Assembly (NCBI RefSeq): GCF_009914755.1
Contig: NC_060929.1
DNA from: the human T2T-CHM13v2.0 reference genome, Homo sapiens
Reading direction: 5' to 3' (one strand)
DNA: 64,000 bases
The notes beneath the pieces are model-generated. The model made no database searches and was not told the origin of the DNA. It saw only the letters and a program-made list of their open reading frames with translations. Within the stretch, counting starts at the first letter, position 1; every line of letters starts with the position of its first letter. This document shows positions 25,010 to 52,331 of the stretch, one piece after another. The position numbers and the translations under genes were made by a program.

Positions 25010-26622
25010 ATTTTTCTTTTATTGTGGTAAAACAATATACAACATTAAATTTACCATCTTAACTATTTAAACAATTTTTTTTATTTTTAAAATTTTTGTT
25101 TTATTTTTATTTTGAGATGAGGTCTTGCTGTGTTGGCCCAGGCTGGTCTTGAACTCCTGGATTCAAAGTATTCTCCCACCTCAGCCTCCTAAGTAGCTAG
25201 GATTAAAGGTATGTGCCACTGTGCCTAACTCATCTTAACCATTTTTAAGTATACAGTTCAGTAGTGTTAAGTATATTCATTTTCATATTATTGTGCAACG
25301 GATCTCTATAACTTTTTTTATCTTGTAAAACTCGCACTCTATGCCCATTAAACACTAATTCTTCCTCTTTCCTTTCTACTTTCTGTTTCTATAATTTTGA
25401 CTATTTTAGATAATTAATATGAATGGAATCATACAGTATTTGCCTTTTTGTGACTAGATTATTTCACTTAGCATAATGTCCTCCAGGTTCATCCACATTA
25501 TTGCATATTGCAGGATTTCCTTCTATTTGAGACTCCTTAATATTCCATTGCATGTATATACCACATTTTCTTTATTTGTTCAAACACTGATGGACATTTG
25601 GTTTGCTTCTGCCTCTTGGCTATTGTGAATAATACTATAATGAACATGGGTATGCAAATATCTCTTCAAAGTCCAGCTTTGAATTATCCTGGTATCTACT
25701 CAGAAGTGAGATTGTTGGATCCTATGGTAATTCTATTTTTAATTTTTTTAAGAATCTCTATATTGTTTTCCATAATGGTTGCACCATTTTATATTCCCAT
25801 CAGCAGTGCAATTTCTCCACATTCTTGCCAACATTTATTATTTTCTTTTTTTTTTTTCTTAAGAGACAGGGTCTTGCACTGTTGCCCAGGGTGCAGTGGC
25901 GCAACTGTAGTTCCCTGTAGTCTTCAACTCCTAGGCTCAAGCAGTCCTCCCACCTCAGCCTCCCAAAGTGCTGGGATTATAGGTGTGAGCCACTGTGCCT
26001 AGCCTTCCGTTCTTTTGATAGTAGCCATCCTAATGGGTGTAAGATGACAAGTCACTGTGGTTTTAGTGTGCATTTCTCTTACGATAATTGATGTTGAGCA
26101 TCTTTTAATATGCTTGTTGATTTTTAAAACATCTTCTTTGTAGAATTGTGTATTTAAGTCCTTTGCTCATTTTGAATCAGGTTATTTCTTGTTGGTAGTA
26201 TTGAGTTATAGGACTTCCTTATATACTCTGGATATTAACCCCTTATCCGATATATGACTTGCAAATATTTTTCCTCATTCCATAGGTTTCCTTGTTACTC
26301 TATTAGTTGCTTCTTTTGATACACAGAAGTTTTTCAGTTTGGTATAGTCCCATTTGTCCGTGTTCACTTTTCTTCCCTGTGCTTTGGTGTCACATTCAAG
26401 AAATCATTGTCAAATCCAATATCCTGGAGCTTTCCTGCTATATTGTCTTCTAGGAGTTTTGTGTTTTAGGTCTTACATTTAGATCTTTAATCCACTTTGA
26501 CTTAATTTTTGTATATAATGTAAGAGTCCAACTTCATTCTTTTGCATATAGACCTCCGGTTTTCCCAACACCATTTATTGAAGAGAGTGCATTTTCCCCA
26601 CTGCGTAGCCCTGGCACCCTTG
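25010..26622 (-). mobile_element. L1MA/MB 3' region with Alu fragments
   Basis: Old L1 3'UTR and ORF2 end in reverse (attgtggtaaaac... to ...ctggcacccttgt). Confidence 0.8.
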
Positions 26623-26951
26623 TAAGGAATGGCTAAATTGGAATTTTTATTTAGTTGTTTATCTTTTGGGGGGATATACTTATGAAAAGTAATCTAATTT
26701 AAATAAGTAATGTAATTTTAAAGAATAAAATGAATAAACCAAATTTACACGTACCGGTGTGGAGAGATGTTTTGACATCTTTTGTCAGAACTTTGGACCG
26801 ATATCAATTATGATACCTAATTAATCAAAGGAAAATTCTTAGAAATTTGAAAACTTTAGATGAAGAACTTTCATAAAACTAACCACCTAGTTTTACATAC
26901 CTTAAATGAATATTATAGTTACAAAATTATTTTTACAGCAGTAGTATTTAG

Positions 26952-27329
<378 letters not shown>

Positions 27330-27538
27330 TGACCTTAACATATTTATTTTTAAAGTTAGGTGCTTTTTTTTTTTTTTTTTTTTAAGGGAGACTCCTCCAA
27401 AAAAAAAAAAAAAGAGAGAGAATGGCAATTTTAATCAGTCACTGTATTCTAAAAATATTGGTATCATTTATAGTCAGATTTAGATTTTCCAATAGTGTTT
27501 TCTGAACACTGAGTTTATTGATGAAAACTATTTTTTAA

Positions 27539-27685
<147 letters not shown>

Positions 27686-28148
27686 TAAAAGGTTATATTA
27701 ACACTTCTAACATGTGCATCAAATGTACCTGTAAGCTCCTTTATGATAGGATGTGGGTGTTTTCAAGGGAAGCATTGTAGGTATAGTGGCATCTTCTGTT
27801 TACCTAGCACAATTCTTATTTCTGAAAAGCAGCTACTCAAAAATCTGATTTTCTTAGCTAGCTTCCAGTCATTAGTTCTAGTATCTGCCTTGAAATCTTC
27901 TGAGTTCATGCATTTGTTATCAGCACATGAGCCTTACCCTGTTATAAGGTAAGTTTTTATACTCTTATTTTATTGCCAAGTGATGTTTGGCTTCTTAAAA
28001 GTTTCTACTGGAAAGTGTGTCCTGGAAGCTAAATCTAGTTGTTGGCTCTGGTTAACAAATGAAATACTTGCCAGTAATTTGTAATACTTTTTTCCACTTA
28101 ATTTCAAAATATTTCAAGTCATTTCTTTGTGTATTTCAGATACTATAA

Positions 28149-28724
<576 letters not shown>

Positions 28725-28732
28725 TGATACTT

Positions 28733-30557
<1,825 letters not shown>

Positions 30558-30571
30558 CCCGTGTGATACTT

Positions 30572-30611
30572 CGTGGCGCACGCGCGCGCGCGTGTGTGTG
30601 TATGTGTGTGT
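30572..30611. promoter_or_regulatory. (CG)n-(TG)n microsatellite with NRF1-like motif GCGCACGCGC (30576-30585) just upstream of the RBMX2 retrocopy
   Basis: Sequence seen directly. NRF1 consensus YGCGCAYGCGCR. Activity is inferred. Confidence 0.45.
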
Positions 30612-31915
<1,304 letters not shown>

Positions 31916-33649
31916 GCTGTTTGCATTTTAAGTTGGTAGAGTTTTAAGGTACATATTTAAACTGCTAGACTTACATATTTATTCTGCTCTAGGCAAGTGC
32001 ATAGAAAAACTTCTCTAAAATCGCCATAACATTGAAAATATTACGTGAGATGTCTATCCTTACCCCATCTGACCCCCAAGCTAAAATCTGTTTCCATTTG
32101 AGATTGTAAAATCATCACAGCAAATGACCTAATATTTTAAGTTTAATTGATATTTCTTTAGTGAAGGAAAAAAATTTCTTCCTACTGTTTTACAACTAAA
32201 CATGAAGGATGTGCTATTTTTTTTAAAAAATTGTCTTTTTCAATTCATCTCATGTTAAAACCAGACATAACCATATTATTCCATTTTAAAACTGTCTAGA
32301 ACTATAAAATATTTTTATTTGTTTATAAAATGGATGCTTCAATACACAAAGATAAATTATTATTAAGAAATTAATATTATTGGCCTTGCGTGGTGGCTCA
32401 CACCTGTAATCCTAACACTTGGGGAGGCTGAGGTGAGTGGATTGCTTGAGCTCAGGAGTTTGAGACCAGCCTGGGCAACATGGTGAAAGCCCATCTCTAC
32501 AAAAAATTAGCTGGGCATGGTGGCATGTGCCTGCAGTTCCAGCTACTTGGGGGGCTGAGGCAAAAGGATTGCTTGAACCTGGAGGTCGAGGCTGCAGTGA
32601 GCTGAGATGGTGCCACTGCACTCCAGTTGGATGACAAAGTGAGACCTTGTCTCAAAAAAACAAAAAAAGAAATTATTATTATTCAATTAAGTTTCTAATA
32701 AAACAGAAAATCTCTCCCATACATCAGCCAACATGTGGAAATGTCTAAAAATTTAGAGCCTCAAATTGGGCAATGGCTTTAAATGTTTATTTGTGTCATA
32801 AAATTATGTTTCTGCAACAAATAAATTAATATTTTTATCAAAATACAAATAATGTAAATGTGAATTCTTAAAAGAAAAATTTTAAGTGAAAAGCAGTAAA
32901 AAAGAAAATAATTCAATACATTACAGTAAACTGATGGAAATTCCACTCAGGGTAGAAGTATGGGTTCTTGGTCACCTGTCACTGTTCCAATCTACCCATT
33001 TGATAGGGTAACTGAAGCAAAGGGAGGTCAAGTGATTTATCCAGGACCACGCCACTTGCTAGCAAAGATGTGGAATGGGAATGAATATTCACCAGCAGGC
33101 TAGTGTTACATAACATATTTTCTTATAATTGAGAACTAAAATTCCTATTAAATATCTATACTTGTGCCAAGCACTGTGGCTCACACCTAAAATCCCAGTG
33201 CTTTGGGAGGCTGAGGCAGGAGGATCTCTTGAGGCCAGGAGTTCACCAGCCTAAGCAACATAGTGAGACCCAGTCACTACAAAACTTTTTAAAAAAATTA
33301 GCTGGGCATGGTGGCACGTGCCTGTAGTCCCAACTATTCAGGAGGCTGAGGCAGGAGGGTCATTTCTTTCTTTCTTTCTTTCTTTTTTGAGACAGAGTCT
33401 CACTCTGTCAGCCAGGCTAGAGTGCAACGGCACAGTCTCGGCTCACTGCAACCTCTGACTCCCGGGCTCAAGCAATTCAGCAGAAGGATCATATCATTGC
33501 CTAGGAGTTCAAGGCTGCAGTGAGTTATGATTGTACCACTGCACTCCAGCCTGAGTGACAAAGCAAGACCATGTCACCAAAAGAAAAAATGGAGGGAGAA
33601 TGCCAGCACTGCACTAGCCTCTTCCCCATCAATTTAAAAAAGAAAATGT

Positions 33650-36440
<2,791 letters not shown>

Positions 36441-36756
36441 CTGTAATATCAAATTCATAAATATATAATTATTGCAATTGGCAAATTTTTCTCTTAATAA
36501 GTATTAAAAGACATTATTTTTCAAAATGTCTTTCTAGTATTTAAAGAATGTTAGGAAATGTTATTAAATTATTTTATTATAATTAGTGTTCCATTATTAT
36601 CCTGTTATCTAATTTTATCAACATGATTCAACAAAAATATTTACATGGCAGGGTCTTGTGAATGTAAGAATTTCACAAGAATATTTAACCATTATGAAAG
36701 CTACCAAGTATTCTTGTACTGAACTGAAGATAGAATGCTAGGAAAACTTGTTTTAC

Positions 36757-38362
<1,606 letters not shown>

Positions 38363-39735
38363 TGGAAAAATAGATATAGGGTCAAAATCCAAGTGATGAA
38401 GAAGGGAATAAGAATTATGAAATAGAAGATTTTAAACAAAGCAGATTTGTATATGATGGTTTGCGGGATAATTCAAGTCTCATTCTTTATTTTATCGGTG
38501 GTACTTATACATTTATACAAAATTAAAAAGGTTTCACAAGGAGTGTATGGTGAGATCTTCTTAGCCCTACCATTAGGCTAAACCCTGACGTTCTAAAGAT
38601 GAATGAATCATAGCCCCTAATTTCATAATCTTGCAACCCCATTATTTTTGTCCTCAGAACTGACACTTGTTTTCTCCAGGCAAAAATCTCAACCTGTGCT
38701 CTGAATTCCAACCCCCACTGCCTCCTCAGAGACCTTGTCAGTTACTTCTCTCTTGTACCTTCAACATGTTTTTTGCTATTGGTTCCTACCCTTCAGTCTA
38801 TAAGCAAATTCAATAGTCTCTAATCTTAACACAAAACAAAACGATAGCTCTTATATCCCATACCCCGTTCTAGCTAGAGTCTGAAAAAAGTAGTTCACAT
38901 TTAATAGCTCTAATTTCTCACCTTTTAAATTAAAATTTTTATCAAAGAGATATATGCAAAGGGCTAAAACAATAAAAATTAAATAAATTGAATGCTTGTT
39001 ATGTGTCTAGTGTCATTTTTTGCCCTTTACATGTGTTAGCTCAGTTAATCCTCACAACAATCTCTAAGGCAGGCATGATTATCTCCCTTTTACAGAAGAG
39101 GAAACTGAGCTACAGATGATAGGAAGCAATAGCCTCCCACACCCGTTTTCCCCCATCAGTTCTACTGTCCAGTAGCCACTGGCTGTAACTGTTTCTGTTC
39201 TTTATTCCTCCTTTGGTCACTTCCATTTCTGTAAGTTGTTCACACTGCTATCTCTTGAGTAAAGAAATTTAGACATTGGCTTTTGACTTCCCAATGGGAA
39301 ATATGAAGATTTAATTCCATTATATTCCCCTCCAAAAAAGCTACATAATTGTTCTCAGTTCCTCCTCTGGTCAACCTCTGCAGCTATAAACAACACACTT
39401 TGACATCCTTTTCTTATTTCATAGGTTATGAACAGTAGCTCTTGACCGCTTACTTTTTGATGAGAACATCAGCTCTCATATTTTTTCCTCCACACCTCAT
39501 CTTACATAGGCTCCTCATCTACTGCTTTAAATTTTTGCTGATGTGACTTTCTCAGTGTTGAATTCGGTGGCATTTTCCAATTATTCTTTTATCTCTATGT
39601 GGTGCCTGATACCTTTGACCCTCTTCCTTAAGCATTAGTTTTTCTTAGGCATATTAACCAACAATTTTTTACTAAGCATCTGTTTTATGCCAGGTATTAG
39701 GCGAGGTATATGTTAAAGAAACATGGAGAAATATC

Positions 39736-41165
<1,430 letters not shown>

Positions 41166-41634
41166 TTGTCCAGCAACCAGCTGAATATGTGATCCTGAGA
41201 TCAGAAGCAGAGCCTGGCCTAAGGATATGACTTTGTGAGTCATCAACATGTAAGTGGTCATTAAACCATGGTAGTGGACGCAATCATTTAGACTAGTGTG
41301 ACATCATGAAAGGAGAATTCAGAGAGCTTTGAGGACCTCCAAAATGAAATAATCTGATAAAAGTGGAAGAGTTCAAGGGAGACTTGAAGAAGCTTCCAGG
41401 TGAATCAAAGAGAGAGACTGTTTCAAGGAGGAATGAGTGGTCAGGTTTATCAAATGCTGAGAGACCACATAAGATGAGAACGGAAAATATCCACTGAATT
41501 TAGAAGTTGGAGGTCATTGTGACATTACCAAGAGCAGTTAAAAGCAGTTTAATGGAGTAACTGGCTGAAATCCTAACTGGATGACAGCTTTGGTCAAGGT
41601 GGGGAAATACAGGCAGTAAATGAGGTCTTTCCTA

Positions 41635-42004
<370 letters not shown>

Positions 42005-44206
42005 TTATTTTCGCACAATTCTGGAGGCCAGACACCTGAGATCAAGGTGTTATCAGGGTTAGTTTCTTCAGAGGCTTCCCTCCTAGTCTTGTAGATAGCC
42101 ATCTTCTTTTTCTGTCTTAACATGGTCAAAGGAAGGGTCTTTGCTTTCAGCTTTATGGGCAAAGTTACACAAATGACAATGTGATCACCACCAGTGTTTT
42201 TAGGAGTGACTGAATATCCTTTCTCTACTTTCAAAACTTGTTGATCTAAAGACAGTCCTTTTTCTGGATCTGAATAGCCACAGAGCCCACTGAGTCTATA
42301 TATACAAAATTTAATAGAGTTATTCTTTTTTTGTTTTGTACTTTTTAGAGATGGGGGTCTCACTATGTTGCCTAGGCTGAAGTGCAGTGTTTATTCACAG
42401 GTGCGGTCATAGCTTGCTGCAGCCTTAAACTCCTGGCCTCAGGCACTCCTCCCTCAGCCTCCAGAGTAGCTGGGACTACAGGCGTGCACCACTGCACCTG
42501 GCATAATAGTGTTATTCTTATTCCAAGAGATGTTTCAATGTCTCCAGTTTCAAATATAGAGGCAACAAGAAAAGCTCAGAAAGGAACTCAATAGGGATAT
42601 AGGCCATCAACAAAACTGCAAAAACAGATTAAAAGGATGAAAATTCCATTTTGGAAAAAAGCATATGAGGAAACTTACTGTCATCAAGCTAACAAAGGCC
42701 AGAGAGCTTGTTTAGGAGCCCTTGACCTTAAAAGGACACTGGATAGAAATGGTCATAAAGAGAGAGAAAACGCCACAGAGAGAATAAAGTCCTACATAAG
42801 CTTAGTCCCTTTGTAAACTGGAACCACTGCAAGCACCCTGTAAGACCTTAATGGGGAAGCAGACACATAAAGAGTCCCTTTTTCCATTTAGTGCATACTT
42901 TTCTTTAACTGTTTAACTGTCATTGTGTGTGTGTCTGTGTGTGTACACCTGTAATCTCCACAACTTGGGAGGCTGAAGTGGGCAGATCACTTAAGGTCAG
43001 GTGTTCAAGACCAGCCTGGCCAACATGGTGAAACCCCGTCTCTACTAAAAATACAATTGGCAGGGTGCGGTGGCTCACACCTGTAATGCCAGCATTTTGG
43101 GAGGCCGAGGCAGGCAGAACACCTGAGGTCAGGGGTTTGAAACCAGCTTGGCCAACTTGGTGAAACCCTGTCTATACTAAAAATACAAAATCAGCCGGGT
43201 GTGGTGGCGGGCACCTATAACCCCAGCTACTCAGGAGGCTGAGCCAGGACAATGGCTTGAACCCGGGAGGCGGAGGTTGCAGTGAGCCCAGATTGCACAA
43301 TTGCACTCCAGCCTGGGTCACAGAGCAAGACTTCGTCAAAAAAAAAACAAACAAACAAAAAACTAGATTAAACAGTAGACAGGGAAAAAACACATCTTGT
43401 GCCCATTACAGTCTACTTTTGATCTGAAGAAATAAATTTAAGATTTACTGATCACCACACTCCAGGAAGAGAAAATACTAATCAAGGTAGTTGAGAATGC
43501 TTATACAGAGAGCAAGCAGTATTCCTACTCTATTCCGTTTTTCTTTATTGAGAAATTTAAAACCATATTTAGTGGCTTGTTGCAGTGGCCTGTAATCCCA
43601 GAACCTTGGAAGTCCAAGGTGGAAGGATCACTTGAGTCCAGGAGTTCAAGACCAGCCTGGGAAACACGGTGCAACGCCATCTCTACTAAAATTTTTTTAA
43701 AACAATTTTGCCGAGCGTGGTGGCACACACCTGTAGTCCTAGGTACTAGGAAGGCTGAGGCGGAGGATCACTTGAGCCCAGAAAGTTGAGGCTGCAGTGA
43801 GCCCTGGTTGTGCCATTGCATTCTAGTCTGGGAGATGCTGTCTTCAAAAAAAAAACCCCAAAAACCAAAACCATATTTAGTGGGTGCTAAACAGTAGGAG
43901 GCAAAAAGCCACAGAGCCTTATTTCCCTAAATCAAACTTAATCAGCTTTGAGGTGAAACTGAGGGACAAAGTCAGCCTCAGTTAGTTAGGGGCTCCTTCT
44001 TTACCTCAATGGAATTACACAAGAATTCTGGGCTCCTAGGTCTCAGAAAATAGGGGGGTAGGGCTGGCCCTCTGTCCTAGGTGGTCGCTTCATTGGCTCT
44101 GCAGAGCTGCTGTCTGATGGGCACTGAGGCTGCAAGCAGCTTCAAGGACAATTTTCACCTGATCTTCCCCATTGACTTTAGAACATGCCCACGTTCTCTG
44201 GTCCTC

Positions 44207-44225
44207 TGCCACCAGGTGGCCCCTA
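44207..44225 (+). promoter_or_regulatory. Candidate CTCF site
   Basis: tgCCACCAGGTGGCcctat matches the CTCF core CCASYAGRKGGC, in a unique GC-richer patch. Confidence 0.5.
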
Positions 44226-44578
44226 TAGTTTCCTGTTGCCTTTCCAGGCCTGAAAGAAGCTACAAACTCTATCTCTTATTCTTGGGTCATGCTTCTTAGT
44301 CTTGGGATGAACACATGATATACTACCTCCAGTTGATTTTTAAAAATAACTCACCCAGTTTGTTCATATAACTCAAAAAATATCTTAGTCATATTTTTCA
44401 TCCTTCTCTTTCAAAAATATCTTTGTTAAAGAAAAGAATAACTTATTGTTCACATCTGTTTCTGGCTTCAGTGTAAGTGGTAAGTGGTAAAAGAATTAGG
44501 CCACCAACAGTTAGCTGTTCTCTCTATAGATCTCTTCTAAGCCTGGAAGTATCTGTGTCATTTTGAGTCCTAGTGTGA

Positions 44579-46193
<1,615 letters not shown>

Positions 46194-47656
46194 TCAAAAT
46201 GACCCTGGAAAATTACATATGTGCATGGAAATTAATGCAATATATATTTACCTGAAGAGTTATAATAGGAATAAGTATAAGGTCATTTACTTATGAAGGA
46301 AAAACATGTTTTAGAGAAGCATAATGAGGAAATAATGCTCTTGCACCATGTCACTTGAAAAATATTTTGGGAGACTCAGAGACATTGTGTAATAATATTG
46401 AAGTAATAGATCCTAAAATCTAAAAGTATAGCTACCCCTTATTCCAGATTCTATTAATGTCAACCCCAAAATATATCCATCTTTCAAAGATAGCAATATT
46501 TAATAACATAACTCATGCTAGTTTTTTGTCTATTTATTTTATTTTACATAGTGTAATCACACCATAGTCAACTTTTGGTTACCTGTGTATGATTTGGGTA
46601 TTTTATGGATTAACCACAGAAAAATTTTTTTATCACAGTTTAGCTTTTCTTTTATAACAAGCTAAGGTATTACCCTCTGCGATTAGTTGGTATTTGTCAA
46701 GAAATATAAATAGTTTTAATATAAGGAAAGTAACTAGGCTATCAAAAATTCAAATGTCTTTCACAAAGTGAAACTGCCCTTTACATTATTATTTATTTCT
46801 TCACTACTTCTTGAGCACTTGTCGTATGCAAGACACTACATTAGAGTCAGTGAGAATCAGAAAGATAAGCAATAGATGTTTTTGCTCTGGAGGAGTGAAG
46901 GATTTGGTGAATTACAACATTGTGACAATTATTTTGAATTACTGATTATTTCTCTCCTTGCATATACTGAGAAAAGACTTCAGAGACTTTGGAAGAGATT
47001 TGGTCAATTAAATTTTCTATTATTTCATATGTTAATTGAAATGAAGAAGAAATTTGTACAGCAGATGTAGTACCAAATCAAATATAAATGAAAAGGAATC
47101 TCTTAATGTAACTTGAGAAATAACTCCTAAAAGAATTCTGGAGGCCGAGCGCGGTGGCTCACGCCTGTAGTCCCAGCACTTAGGGAGTCTGAGGCGGGCG
47201 ATTCACGAGGTCAGGAGATCGAGACCAGTCTGGCTAAGATGGTGAAACCCCGTCTCTACTAAAAATACAAAAAATTAGCCGGGCATGGTGGTGGGCGCCT
47301 GCAGTCCCAGCTACTCAGGAGGCTGAGGCAGGAGAATGGCGTGAACTCGGGAGGCGGAGCCTGGCAGTGAGCCGAGATCGCGCCACTGCACTCCAGCCTG
47401 GGCGACAGAGCAAGACTCCGTCTAAAAAAAAAAAAAAAAGAATTCTGGAGAAGATCTCATTTGTTTCTAACTGAATGAGTGGACTTAAGGAATCGTCAAC
47501 GGCTTCACGATTTTGAATGTCAATCAAATTTTGTTGATGATTTTAAGAATTTAAATTACCTAGTAGCATGTTGTAAAATCATATTGTTTATAAGTAAGCC
47601 ATTTCCCACTTATACATAACTTGGATGGAGAAAATACCAGGAGCATATAAGATTGA

Positions 47657-48034
<378 letters not shown>

Positions 48035-48537
48035 TAATAAACATTTTTAAACAAGGAAATAAATACCCTGAAGAATAGCACATGATCTAGAATTCCTAGA
48101 TTTGTAGTTAACCATTGGTTTTGACAGTATTTTTAAAAAATAAGTAGCATGTGTTTCTTTTAAAACAACTATATTTCAAGAAAACAACTAATTATTTTCT
48201 GAAAAGAAAGCATACTTGTTAAAAATTCTTTTCTGGTCCAGGACCAGTTTTGTTGGCCAGAACAGGAATAAGACAGAAAAATAGCCGTGGTTCTGATGAC
48301 CTGCAGAATGAGTTATTCAGTTCTGTGGCAACAGACCATAACTTGTAACTCTAACTACATCTTCTGAAATAAGTATGTTTCAAAGTAATATGAGTGAAAA
48401 TCCACAATTTTTGTTTGTTTATTATTAACTAACATTCATACTTTCTTCAGATTTCCTTTGTTTTTAACTTAATATCCTTTTTCTGTTCCAGAGTCCCCCA
48501 TTACCTTTAGTTGTTATGTCTCCTTAGGCTTCTCCTG

Positions 48538-50316
48538 TGTATAAGTCCATTTTCTTTTCTTTTCTTTTTTTTTCCGGGGTACAAAAGGTTTATTGCTTAT
48601 AAAAATAAGTTACCAAACCCCAAGCCCCACAAAACACAAGAACCCCGCATGACGATACCCATGAACACAAGGGCTCATTCTAGTAATAGCTCGCGGAAAC
48701 GACAAGACACCAGCACTGCCGACACACACGGACGAGGAGCATGCTGCACAGCTTCCTTCTATCAGGTTCTAGAAAAGTCTTCTTTGCCTTCAGTCCACTG
48801 GCTAGTGGGAATAATTAGTCTCATCAGCCACAGGGGGGGTCTGCTCCTCAAGAGTGGCCTCAGCACACATGGCGCTGAAAGGGAGGAGCGGCTGTACACA
48901 TCTGGGCAGTGAGGAACCAGCTGAGCCTTCTGTGGGCTTCCTGAGTGTCTGGGAAGTTGCCGGGTGGGGTCTCACGCTGGGGCCAGCGTGGGGGCTACTG
49001 CCGGCAGGTGTCATGGAAGGCTTCGAGGGTTCGGAAATCCCTCCATGTCGGGGGAAGGCCGTCCTGCAGAAACTTCCCGCAGTGCTGGCATGGGGCCTGG
49101 AACAGCTTTATGTAACTTCTTAACCAGGTCATGAAGGATCGGACTACGACATCCGGCATCTGGGGCAGCTGATAGTGGAGCAGGGCCGTGGTGGCGTGGT
49201 CTGTCACCTTCTGGAATACTTGATAGTTGGATTTGGACCATATATCAAGCTTGCCATCTTCTGTGTAGACATTCTCGTTATATCCCTTTACTATTGTTCG
49301 ATCAATGAACAGGCTCCGCATGATGACGATCACTTTCAACACCTTTCCCAAGGTCACCAGAAGCATTGCTGATGTTCCATTGGGTCTGGATAAGTGGATG
49401 GACATTTCAGGAAACATCCTGTCAATGCGGCTGATCACATCATCAACATATTGAGGTGGTAGGACAAGAGTTGTGGGCTGAGCCTTTGGTCTACTTTTGG
49501 CAGATACTCCCATCTGATTAGCGGAACGCTTCAACGACTACTGATTTAAAAGGCCAGATGCTAGTCCTGCATGGTACTGCAACTTGTTTGACCACTTATA
49601 TGCTTGAAGGAGTTGACTATAGAGAGGAGTTTTGTCCTGCACAGGATCCAGGCTTAACAGCCCACTGTTATGAAGAGGATGGTTCTCAGATGGCTTGCCT
49701 ACCAGATTGCTCAGACGTTCCAGCTCATTGAGGTCCCGGTTGACCGAATGTAAGTTGTCCTGGAAGTGCGCAATGAAGGCCTTCTCCCGGCCCTCCAGCG
49801 TCTCCTTGTTCCGCATCCCATCCTTCAGGCAGTCGAACAACCTGCTCACGCTGGAGCGCAGCGCCTGGATGGCACTAATGGCCTGGGAAAAGGCCTCCAG
49901 GTTCACACTGACATTTATCACGTCCGCCATGTTGCCGCCGCCACAGCCAAGTCCATTTTCGTACTGCTGTAAAGGCCTGCCAGAGACTGGATAATTTACA
50001 AAGGAAGGAGGTGTAACTGACTTACAGTTCAGCACGGCTGGGGAGGCCTCAGGAAACTTACAATCATGGTGGAAGGTGAAGGGGAAACATGGCACCTTCT
50101 TCACAAGGCAGCAGGAAGAAATGCAAGTAGGGGAAATGCCAGATGCTTATAAAACCATCAGATCTCGTGAGACTCACCCTCTATCACGAGAATAGCATGG
50201 GGAAACCCCCCTCATGAGCCAGTTACCTCTACCTGATCCTGCCCTTGACAAATGGGGATGATGGGAATTATAATTTAAGATGAGATTTTGGGCGGGGACA
50301 CAGCCAAACTATATCA
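48538..50316 (-). mobile_element. THE1 (MaLR) solo LTR interrupted near its 3' end by the MED27 retrocopy
   Basis: Minus strand starts tgatatagtttggctgtgtccc. TATA-like ttttataag at ~50146-50154. 5-bp TSD TCCTG at 48533-48537 and 50317-50321. Confidence 0.9.
48555..49948 (-). pseudogene. CRSP8P: MED27 (CRSP8) processed pseudogene
   Basis: CDS 49930-48995 (311 codons, MADVINVSVNLEAF...FHDTCRQ) with a single in-frame TAG at codon 131 (49540-49538). AATAAA at 48594-48589, poly(A), perfect 12-bp TSD aagtccattttc at 48543-48554 and 49949-49960. Confidence 0.95.
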
Positions 50317-50483
50317 TCCTGACTATGACTGTTTTTAGATTTTCCATGTTTTTGATAAACTTGAAAGTTTTGAGAAGTACTGGCCAGTTATGTTGTGGGA
50401 TGTCCCACTATGGGACGTCATCTGCTGGTTTTCTCATTAGGTTAAATTGGGTTATGAGATATGAAAGGAGACTAGAGAGGTTA

Positions 50484-50805
<322 letters not shown>

Positions 50806-51653
50806 TTACAACTGAATGTCAGAGTGGATTTAGAGGAAGTTTTCATTATCTAGAATATCTAGAATATGAATGACTGACAATACATAATATATATGCATTA
50901 TTAATTTTCAAAAGAGTAAAACATTTTTAAAAACTTGCCTCTACTGTTATACACACTATCTTTATATATATGTATGTATATATATATATAATTTACAAGG
51001 CATTTCAGGACTTTGCAGTGACTGCATCAGGATCATCAACAAGAGTGACAATGTAATTAAATCAGTAAGCAATAGATGTTGTTGACTTGAGCAACAGATA
51101 GTCCCACATTTTACTAAAGACCTAGAAAGTATAAAAATTTTACATAAATTTATGCTAACTATATTACTACTAGAAATTCAATAAAATAATTAGCTAATTT
51201 TATGTTATCTTGTTTACTGACCCCAACCCCTGTCACTCTCGAAAACGTGGTTATTTGGATGTTTTCATCTTTGGAATGTTGGATGTATAAGGAATTATTC
51301 TGTCACTCTTCCCAAGGATCTTCAGTGAGTATCGCTATAGACATTGCAAATATGAGTGTCCTTAGAGCACTGAAAAAGCAGCTCTAACAAGAAGAATTGC
51401 TAAAAAATAGTATTGGGTACAAAAGGACAATGGGCTCTCAGCTGATGGTCTGTTCTTGAGGGACTGTTTTCCTGCTTAACAAACAACTGTCTTAACACCA
51501 AGAACTAGTGATGTGTAGGTTTGGATCACAGCTAAAGACCAAAATTGTTAACAATTAGGAGTTTGTAAAAAGACAATGAGTAGGCTCTTGGTATGAGCAA
51601 TTTTGCATATGAAACTCACGGCTATAATCAATGGGTAGGAGGTGCTCTCAGTC

Positions 51654-52331
<678 letters not shown>

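Noticed and set aside
42530-44420. Further minus-strand exon-shaped segments (~42680-42838, ~44355-44419)
   Set aside because: Splice-like ends but no recognisable motif in any frame.
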